From Bacteroidota bacterium (lineage in GTDB: Bacteria > Bacteroidota > Bacteroidia > JACCXN01), in the NCBI GenBank assembly GCA_013696965.1, contig JACCXN010000035.1, forward strand, positions 14,393 to 78,392: DNA of 64,000 nucleotides, given 5' to 3'. Below are positions 10,074-17,368 of the stretch, in pieces. Each line of letters begins with the position of its first letter. Positions within the stretch are counted from its first letter, which is position 1. Below the pieces are notes generated by a model, which was given only the letters and a program-made list of their open reading frames with translations, was not told where the DNA came from and did no database searches. A program made the position numbers and the translations under genes.

Positions 10074-10418
10074 TTAGGGGTTATATACTCGGCTAAATGT
10101 TATAGGGCGTTTTCTATTTTTTTTTCGTTTAATCGTCCGTTTTTTCAAGAGCCTGTATGAATGATAAACAGTTAAATTTTCAATTCTCTCTTTAGTTAAA
10201 ACTCTATATAATATTCTGTATAATCCTACAATTATTTCTCTTATATTTTTATCGTTTAATTCTGGAACAATTCGACCTGCTTTAGGAAATTCTTCCAAAG
10301 TTCTTGCTGCTTCGAAAAAATCAGGGATCTGGATTTGAGCGTAATTTTCCGAATCCTTAGCTATGAGCAATGTTTTCGATGTCTTCGATAGATTGAATTG
10401 TCCAATTACTTCAACCAT
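10074..10418 (-). CDS. type II toxin-antitoxin system RelE/ParE family toxin
   Basis: Core ...IAKDSENYAQIQIPDFFEAARTLEEFPKAGRIVPELNDKNIREIIVGLYRILYRV...ENLTVYHSYRLL matches the conserved ParE/RelE toxin pattern (FPxxGRxVPE, YRIIYRI, IxxVxHxxR). The C-terminal basic tail is probably read-through. Confidence 0.7.
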   Translation of the reverse strand: MVEVIGQFNLSKTSKTLLIAKDSENYAQIQIPDFFEAARTLEEFPKAGRIVPELNDKNIREIIVGLYRILYRVLTKERIENLTVYHSYRLLKKRTIKRKKNRKRPITFSRVYNP

Positions 10419-10654
10419 TTCTTCAATCGAGTTTTTGCTTCAGAAGTTGTTAATGTTTCACCTTTTCGACTTTGTTCTATACCAATTTCTACTTTTTGAA
10501 GTAGAATAATACGCTCAATGACTTCTTCAGCGGAGAATGTGTCAGGTAAATCTTTTATTGTCTGTAAAACTTTTTTCTTGTCTAGTATAGCACAAAATTT
10601 AATTCCTACGCTGGGCGGGGTATGGGTATAATCCTGCTTTTCCTTGAAGGTTTT
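10406..10654 (-). CDS. putative antitoxin (addiction-module component) overlapping the toxin start; no canonical start codon
   Basis: Manual translation of the minus strand upstream of the toxin gives an open frame: ...ILDKKKVLQTIKDLPDTFSAEEVIERIILLQKVEIGIEQSRKGETLTTSEAKTRLKKWLK*. Its TAA stop lies 10 nt inside the toxin ORF, which is classic antitoxin-toxin overlap. The C-terminal ...E.KKRL.KW motif is typical of the small antitoxins paired with RelE/ParE in Bacteroidota. The frame is open for 82 codons back to a TAG at 10655-10657 but contains no ATG, GTG or TTG. Confidence 0.45.
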   Translation of the reverse strand, partial: KTFKEKQDYTHTPPSVGIKFCAILDKKKVLQTIKDLPDTFSAEEVIERIILLQKVEIGIEQSRKGETLTTSEAKTRLKKWLK

Positions 10655-10664
10655 CTAGATTTTT

Positions 10665-11609
10665 TCAGGATTTCACTATTTTCTGGTAATGCACCTGCAT
10701 ATCGTTTATTTTCAAGGAAACCCAATAAATTCCAGCAGGAAGGTCTTTTCCACCCTCCCACCTGAGTTTGCTTTTCTGAGGTTGGAGTTTGCCCTCATTA
10801 AAATCTTTTATCAAATTTCCCGACATATTAAAGATCTTTACCTCCACCCTTGCCGGCAGAAAAACTCCGTATTCAATCTCAATTGAATCATAAAAAGGGT
10901 TAGGAGAAACGCGATAGATCATTCCTTTTTCAAGGTGAGGGTTTCCCATTCCTGTTGAGCCGCTGCCATCGACCACTATGTCCCAGGTTCCTTCATATTT
11001 ACCATTTCCGTTCAATGTAATAGGAATAATCCTGTGGGTGGCATCATAGGTTCCGCTGCTGAGAGAAGCTGCCGCATCTTCGGAAATATCAGAATCGCCC
11101 TGAAAATACAATTGGGTTGTTAAGGTCGGGTGGCCAGAAGGCGTTATTTTAAAATGGATATGACGGGGACGGTATTTTGCACCGTTCAGGTATTTTCCGG
11201 GAAGTATGGTTTCAAACAAATAAAAACCCTGAGCATTTGAATAAACAACTCCCCTAAGATCAAAACTGGAGTTATAATATTGCCCTGAGTCATTTGCCTG
11301 CCAGATGTCTATTTTGGCATTGGCTATTGTTTGGGAACAATCAAGAGTTCTTACCACACCACTGATTACGAGCCTGGTTCCAGCTTCAGTGGCAGAAGCC
11401 AGTTGGCCATCTGTTAAAACTGGCGCATTGTTCAGGTAAAAGGGGCCCTGTCCGTAATAATCTAATGTGGAAGGATTGCAATTTAGCGGTTTATAAGGCC
11501 TGAAATCTGGTTTGGACAGTACAATTCCCGGAAATAAAGTGGCCGATAAAGTGGCTAGTGTGGAATTTCGTAAAAAATTCCTTCGGCTGTTTTCTTTGTT
11601 ATTTTCCAT
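10665..11609 (-). CDS. intradiol ring-cleavage dioxygenase-like secreted protein carrying both a Tat signal and a T9SS type A C-terminal sorting domain
   Basis: N-terminus SRRNFLRNSTLATLSATLF is a twin-arginine signal. The central region (IDIWQANDSGQYY...RPRHIHFKI) resembles the protocatechuate-dioxygenase beta-subunit fold. The last ~80 aa (YRVSPNPFYDSIEIEY...GIYWVSLKINDMQVHYQKIVKS) fit the Por secretion tail. Confidence 0.65.
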   Translation of the reverse strand: MENNKENSRRNFLRNSTLATLSATLFPGIVLSKPDFRPYKPLNCNPSTLDYYGQGPFYLNNAPVLTDGQLASATEAGTRLVISGVVRTLDCSQTIANAKIDIWQANDSGQYYNSSFDLRGVVYSNAQGFYLFETILPGKYLNGAKYRPRHIHFKITPSGHPTLTTQLYFQGDSDISEDAAASLSSGTYDATHRIIPITLNGNGKYEGTWDIVVDGSGSTGMGNPHLEKGMIYRVSPNPFYDSIEIEYGVFLPARVEVKIFNMSGNLIKDFNEGKLQPQKSKLRWEGGKDLPAGIYWVSLKINDMQVHYQKIVKS

Positions 11610-11721
11610 AGCAGTATTTATTTTAATGTTTTAAAAGATTTGTTTTAATACACTTCTTCCTTTAGGGATGTGGTGAAAACTTTTGATAATGTGAAGCAGT
11701 AAACTTAATTGGCAGCCCTCG

Positions 11722-14436
11722 TTAATTTTTCGTGATTATCAGTTTTACTTTTTCAGCCTGTTTTTCCAGCGAAATAAAATAAACCCCTGCATTAAGCATT
11801 GAAACATCTATCTTTTCTGAAATGACATTGTTTCCAGAGCTTATCCTTTTGTTTAGGACCTGCCTGCCCAAAACATCTGTAATGCTGATGGCTGAAGAAT
11901 CCGAAAAACCCCTTGCAACTACATTTAAAACTGAAGTTGCAGGATTAGGATAAACCTTTAAGGAGGATTTCTTTTCCGATTCATTAACAGAAATAATCTG
12001 GTCAGTAACTACCACACTTCCCGGAGTAACATTGGCATTTAAAGTATCTCCGTTAATTGAAATAATGGTAAGGTTAGAAATGCTCAGCGAAAAATCTTGA
12101 TAAATTCCGGTTTTTCCTGCCAAATTATCAGTAGTAACAATAGTGATTTTTGCAAGGGGGCCATAACCTGAAGTATTTGTTTGATTAATCCGGGTGATGG
12201 CTGCATCCAACCGGCCAAATGAATACATATCTTTTTGAAAACTTATCAGACTGATACCGTAATCCCCCATCCAGCAGGCTTCAGGGTCCATCCTGACAGA
12301 GCCGGAATCCACCAGTAAAGGATCATAATCAATTGAAAAGGCAATTCCATAAACATCTGTAACTTCATTTGTGGAAGTCCCAAAATACACCATTATTTCA
12401 ATTTCCTGGTTTTGGCCAATAGTATCAGAAGGAAACTCAAAATAAATTTCAGGATCCGAGGCGCTTCCAGAAGAAGATGCAGGCCATTTCTGGTGTATTA
12501 AACCGTAATTCTGGTAAATGGCAAGAGTATCATCGCTGTTGATGATTCCATCTCCGTTTGTATCTATGTGTTTAAAGTTCACACCAGTGCTTAAGGTATC
12601 CATCCAGTTTTCTGCAACTTGCCCTTCCCACAAAATGCTTGCTCCTGTTCTTACCGGCCCAGTTTCACCATAGGCAATACCAATGGGCAAGAGGTCATCG
12701 TTGTTGGCAATCATATCGTTATTTGCATCACCGGGCCAGATGGAATCGCAGTTAGAGGATGCAATTAAAGAATCAATAGCTTCGCATCCATCTGAATCAG
12801 TTACTGTTACAATAAAAGGGGAAACAATGTAACAAAATACCGCTGTTTGCCCTGTTTGAACAGGAATAGTATTCCAGGAGTAGAAATAAGGAGCTGTCCC
12901 TCCTGTTGGATAAACAGTTGCCAATCCATCGCATTGGCCACAGGAGGGTTGAATAGTTGTAAAAGAAATTAAAATCTGCGGTTGCTCATTTATAATTACA
13001 GTATCCATTTTTTGACAACCTTGTTCATCCGTAATTAATACCACATAAGTTCCCGAACAAGCACCCGAAATTTGAGGGGCATTCACCCCATTGTTCCATT
13101 GATAGGTATAAAGAGGATTTCCACCCGTTGGGTTTACTGCCGCTTGTCCATCACAAAAGCCAGAACAACTCACATCTGTTCCGCTGATATTGGAAACAAT
13201 GGGAGAAGGCCCATTTATAGTTATACTGTCCAATTTTTGACAACCTTGTACATCTGTAATTAATACCGTATAAGTTCCCATACAGATACCTGCAACAATC
13301 GAAGTCGTCATTCCAGCAGGACTCCATTGATAAGAATAAGGTAGATTCCCTCCTGTGGGAGAAACCGAAGCTTGCCCATCACAAAAGCCATAACAGCTCA
13401 CATCTGTTCCACTGATATTGGAAACAATAGCTAATGGTTCGCTAATAATTACAGATGCAGAATCTGTACAACCATTATCATCCGTTACAAACAAAGTTTT
13501 TATTCCAGGACATAAGTTTGAATAGTTTGGAACTGTAATTCCTCCTGGCATCCACAAATAAGTATAACTTCCTGAACCTCCTGAAACATTTGCTGAAACA
13601 CTCCCATTGCAATAGCCAATGCAACTGACATCTGATGAACTGGCATTAATTAAAATCTGCGGTGGCCCATTTATAGTTACACTATCCAATTTTTGACAAC
13701 CTTGTACATCCGTAATTAATACCGTATAAGTTCCCGGACAGATACCTGTAACAACCGCAGGCATTATTCCACCAGGATTCCATTCATAGGCATAAGGTGG
13801 TGTTCCACCTGAGGCAAAAACAGAAATTTCTCCATCACAAAGTCCAGGACAACTCACATGGGTGGCATTTACAGAAATATTTATGGCTGGTGCTACTGTT
13901 ACCGTAACATTTTCATTGTTTGTGCAACCTTCCAGTGAGGTAACCAATAATGTATAAGTGGTTGTGGAGGAAGGAAAAGCTGTTGGATTTGCTATTATCG
14001 TACCACTCAAGCCATCAGGGGGAGACCATACATAGGTCACCTGCATATTTACAGAGGGTATTAATGTAACAGAATCTCCAAAGCAAATTATCGGAGCAGA
14101 AGGGCTTATTGAAACAACAGGAGCAGGAAAAACTGTTATATAATTAAGCATTGTTTTTGTATCACTCCCGCTTGCATTGGTCGCGATTAAAGAAATTGTA
14201 TATGTTCCCGCAATTGCATAGCACTTTTGAGGGTTTTGTAAAGTGGAAACTGTGCCATCCCCAAAATCCCATTCCAAGGAGCCTGGTGCATTAGTGCTTA
14301 AATCTGTAAAATTTACACAGCCTCCTTCACAGGTGGTTGTATTGTTTGCAGTAAAGTCAGCCACTGGGGACTGGGCAAACAAATTTACCGAAACAAAAAT
14401 CAGTAAATGGAGCAGGTGGCTTATAATACTTTTCAT
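11722..14436 (-). CDS. large T9SS cargo protein with a PKD domain, multiple SprB-type repeats, a dockerin-like Ca-binding repeat region and a type A C-terminal sorting domain
   Basis: Signal peptide. PKD-like WDFGDGTVS block. At least six Cys-containing repeats of the form CxGxCDGxAxVxxxGGxxPYxYxW. A D/N-rich block, DANNDMIANNDDLL...DTNGDGIINSDD, is dockerin-like. The C-terminus KVYPNPATSVLNV...GVYFISLEKQAEKVKLIITKN is a Por secretion tail. Confidence 0.8.
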   Translation of the reverse strand: MKSIISHLLHLLIFVSVNLFAQSPVADFTANNTTTCEGGCVNFTDLSTNAPGSLEWDFGDGTVSTLQNPQKCYAIAGTYTISLIATNASGSDTKTMLNYITVFPAPVVSISPSAPIICFGDSVTLIPSVNMQVTYVWSPPDGLSGTIIANPTAFPSSTTTYTLLVTSLEGCTNNENVTVTVAPAINISVNATHVSCPGLCDGEISVFASGGTPPYAYEWNPGGIMPAVVTGICPGTYTVLITDVQGCQKLDSVTINGPPQILINASSSDVSCIGYCNGSVSANVSGGSGSYTYLWMPGGITVPNYSNLCPGIKTLFVTDDNGCTDSASVIISEPLAIVSNISGTDVSCYGFCDGQASVSPTGGNLPYSYQWSPAGMTTSIVAGICMGTYTVLITDVQGCQKLDSITINGPSPIVSNISGTDVSCSGFCDGQAAVNPTGGNPLYTYQWNNGVNAPQISGACSGTYVVLITDEQGCQKMDTVIINEQPQILISFTTIQPSCGQCDGLATVYPTGGTAPYFYSWNTIPVQTGQTAVFCYIVSPFIVTVTDSDGCEAIDSLIASSNCDSIWPGDANNDMIANNDDLLPIGIAYGETGPVRTGASILWEGQVAENWMDTLSTGVNFKHIDTNGDGIINSDDTLAIYQNYGLIHQKWPASSSGSASDPEIYFEFPSDTIGQNQEIEIMVYFGTSTNEVTDVYGIAFSIDYDPLLVDSGSVRMDPEACWMGDYGISLISFQKDMYSFGRLDAAITRINQTNTSGYGPLAKITIVTTDNLAGKTGIYQDFSLSISNLTIISINGDTLNANVTPGSVVVTDQIISVNESEKKSSLKVYPNPATSVLNVVARGFSDSSAISITDVLGRQVLNKRISSGNNVISEKIDVSMLNAGVYFISLEKQAEKVKLIITKN

Positions 14437-14528
14437 ATTTTGACTAATTTAGTTAATATTTCCTGACAGTTATTCACAATGCAAATATTCACCATTAAAT
14501 TTCCCTGAACAAATACAAAAAGCTACCT

Positions 14529-16010
14529 TTGTCGGAACAAATAAAATACTTTTTCTTTGTTAAGTTTCTGTATTTGTGTTTTTTATGGTTTGTTTTTTTT
14601 ATTTTTTGTCATATGTCCTATAAAACCATTCATTATTTAAGTGCTCTAAAGGAAAAAGAAATTGAAGAATTTTCTGCTTTTCTTTCATCAGGGCTTGCAG
14701 GGAATTTTCCCAATGCAGAAAAATTATTCAGCTATCTGAAAAAAATTCATCCAGATTTTTCTGCAGTAAAGCTAAAAAAAGAAACTATTTTTAAAAAAAC
14801 ATTTCCCGCACTGGAATATGAAGATTCTCTTTTAAGATATGCTATGAGCCATCTTAATAAACAACTGGAACTTTTCTTTAGCTGGAAAGAATTGAATCAA
14901 TCAGAAATACACAGCTTTAAACTAAGAGCACTTTCCACACGTAAACTTGATAAATATTTTCAGCAGGAATTAAACTCACAACACGAAAAAAATGAGCAGT
15001 CATTAAAAAGAGATTTCAAATTTTACAAGTCGGACCTTGAACTAAAGGAAATTTCCTATAACTATCATTCCATGCAAAAAAGCAGGACTTCTGTAGACCT
15101 CACTGAAAAAGTGATTTTGGCAATTGATAAGAATTATTTTTATAACCGCCTAAGGTATGTTTGTGAATTACTGAACAGGAGCTCTATTTTTTCTGAGCAT
15201 ACAAAACATTCATTTATAACACGTTTTATTCAACAGTTAAGTCCGGAAATCTTAAAAGAGGCTGCCATAAATTTATATTTCCTGATTTTCAAAATCCTTA
15301 CTAATGGTAAAGAAGAGGATTACAAAAATTTCAGCCAGGTGTTGAAGAAAATTTTCAATGCCTTCGATCCTGCAGAACAGAACGACCTCTTTGCCTATGC
15401 ACAGAATTTCTGCATAAGAAAAATCAATTCAGGAGATGAAAAATACCTTTCAGAATTATTTGAATGGTATTGTTTCCAGCTTGAAAATAAAACAATTTTT
15501 TCGGAAGGATTAATATCTCAATTTGATTTTAAGAATATCGTTTCTGTTGCTCTTAGGCTCAACCAATTGAATTGGACAGAAAACTTTATTGAAAAACAAA
15601 GCGAAAAACTTCAAAAAAATATAAGGGAGAATGCCTATAACTATAATAAAGCAAGGCTGGAATTTCAGCGAAAAGAATATAAGCGTTCCTTGAAATTGTT
15701 ACAGGAGGTAGAATTCACTGATATCGTATACCAGCTGGATTCAAAGGTACTCCTGATGAAAATTTATTTCGAAAATGCAGATACCGATGCCATTGAAAAT
15801 GCCTATAACAGCCTGAAAATTCTTGTACACAGAAAGGCCAACCTTTCTGTGTATCAAAAACAACTTTACATTAATTTCGGAAAAATATCAATAAATCTGA
15901 ATAGGGTAAAAGAAGGGTTTTCTTCAAAAATAAATTTAGAGGAGGCATTAAGTAAAAGCCCTGCCGCCGACATAGGATGGCTCAGGCAAAAATGGAAAGA
16001 ACTTAATTAG
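14529..16010 (+). CDS. hypothetical all-alpha cytoplasmic protein; the start is probably at MSYKTIHY (about nt 14613)
   Basis: 493-aa ORF with no recognisable motifs. K/E/L/F-rich and predicted helical. The first 28 codons are Phe-rich and look non-coding. Confidence 0.4.
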   Translation: MSEQIKYFFFVKFLYLCFLWFVFFIFCHMSYKTIHYLSALKEKEIEEFSAFLSSGLAGNFPNAEKLFSYLKKIHPDFSAVKLKKETIFKKTFPALEYEDSLLRYAMSHLNKQLELFFSWKELNQSEIHSFKLRALSTRKLDKYFQQELNSQHEKNEQSLKRDFKFYKSDLELKEISYNYHSMQKSRTSVDLTEKVILAIDKNYFYNRLRYVCELLNRSSIFSEHTKHSFITRFIQQLSPEILKEAAINLYFLIFKILTNGKEEDYKNFSQVLKKIFNAFDPAEQNDLFAYAQNFCIRKINSGDEKYLSELFEWYCFQLENKTIFSEGLISQFDFKNIVSVALRLNQLNWTENFIEKQSEKLQKNIRENAYNYNKARLEFQRKEYKRSLKLLQEVEFTDIVYQLDSKVLLMKIYFENADTDAIENAYNSLKILVHRKANLSVYQKQLYINFGKISINLNRVKEGFSSKINLEEALSKSPAADIGWLRQKWKELN

Positions 16011-16312
16011 AAAATGTTTATAAAGTCCGCTGAATCCGGTTAGCTTCCAAGGCTGCTCAACTGACTTTTCTTTCCTGATTTTTTGAGCAAATGGACAAAA
16101 ATTCCAGATATAACAGAAAACAATTCATAAATAATTATTAAACAAAATCACCGGCTTTAGAAACTCCCCTTGACTTCGTAAAATAGGAGGTGTTAATTTT
16201 TTCTGATTTTTGCTTTTTTAGCAGCATTGTTAATTATCCTTACAACAGAACCTCCGTGTGGTAAGCTGCAACTTGGGCTATATTAAACCCCATAAACAGT
16301 AGTAGAAATAAT

Positions 16313-16350
16313 AAATAAGGCTGTCTCAATTTAATGAAACAGCCTTATTA
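16313..16350 (-). terminator. hairpin terminator downstream of the porP/sprF-like gene
   Basis: Inverted repeat aaggctgt(ctcaatttaatgaa)acagcctt followed on the minus strand by a T-rich tract (tatttatt). Confidence 0.5.
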
Positions 16351-16391
16351 ACTTAATCGATTCGTGTATAAATTATTCTATTTGTTTTAAT

Positions 16392-17321
16392 TTATAATAA
16401 CCTTGGGTTTTTGTTGCTGCTGCTGCTTTTTTTCTTAACTATATCGTATCCCAATAAAATTTCATGAGAGCCATAAGAAAAATTTCTTATTCTTTTTAAG
16501 GTGTAATCGAAGGAGTAACCAATCCTTAAACCAAAATCAGTTTGGTATTCAGCAATTCCAACAATTGCTTCCCCAGTTCTGTATGAAACACCAGTCCAAA
16601 TCATATTGTAAAACAAGAAATTAACATTCAAATCAGCTTGAACTGGTGCCTCTGGTAAGTATTTAATTAAAACTGTTGGTTTTATTTTTACATCATCGTT
16701 AATTGTATGTACAATTCCAGAGTGTAAATAATAATGCCTGTGGTAGATAGATGATTTTTGCACATCCAAATTAAAAGATTCCTCTTTATCATAAGCAATT
16801 AAAGTGGGAATTGAAATTCCGGCAAAGTAATTAGAGGAATAATAGTAAGCGCCAAAACCAGCTTGAGGAACGAATTTGTTGTTAGTTGGATTGGTAAACA
16901 TTTCATCTTCAGAATCCCAAACTTTCAACGAACCAGCATCACTTCCATAAATTCCAAACCCGCCTCTTAATCCCAATGAAAGGTGACTGTTTGTACCTGT
17001 TTTTATATGGTAAGCATAATTTAAAAGCAGGTCACTTTGGCTTGTAACTCCAATTTTATCATGACTTAAAATAAGCCCCAAAGAATTCTTATTATCCTTA
17101 AGCATTCCGTCAACTGAAAGTATGCTTGTTTTTGGAGCACCATCAAACCCTGCCCATTGGCTTCGGTAATGTAAGTTGGTGCTTACTTTTCCATGGCTTC
17201 CTGTATAACCAGGGTTTAAGAATAAACCGTTAAACATATACTGGCTTACCATTGATTGCTGCTGTGCGAGCAAAACCCCTGTATAAATAACCAGTGTGAG
17301 AAGTAAAATTATTTTTTTCAT
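16392..17321 (-). CDS. type IX secretion system membrane protein, PorP/SprF family
   Basis: Signal peptide followed by the AQQQSMVSQYMFNGLFLNPGYTG start that is characteristic of the PorP/SprF family. About 310 aa and beta-barrel-like. Lies immediately downstream of a protein with a type B sorting domain, which is the canonical sprB-sprF arrangement. Confidence 0.9.
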   Translation of the reverse strand: MKKIILLLTLVIYTGVLLAQQQSMVSQYMFNGLFLNPGYTGSHGKVSTNLHYRSQWAGFDGAPKTSILSVDGMLKDNKNSLGLILSHDKIGVTSQSDLLLNYAYHIKTGTNSHLSLGLRGGFGIYGSDAGSLKVWDSEDEMFTNPTNNKFVPQAGFGAYYYSSNYFAGISIPTLIAYDKEESFNLDVQKSSIYHRHYYLHSGIVHTINDDVKIKPTVLIKYLPEAPVQADLNVNFLFYNMIWTGVSYRTGEAIVGIAEYQTDFGLRIGYSFDYTLKRIRNFSYGSHEILLGYDIVKKKSSSSNKNPRLL

Positions 17322-17368
17322 AGTTTTTATATTTTTTTAAATTATTGACTGTTTTTATTTTATATTAA

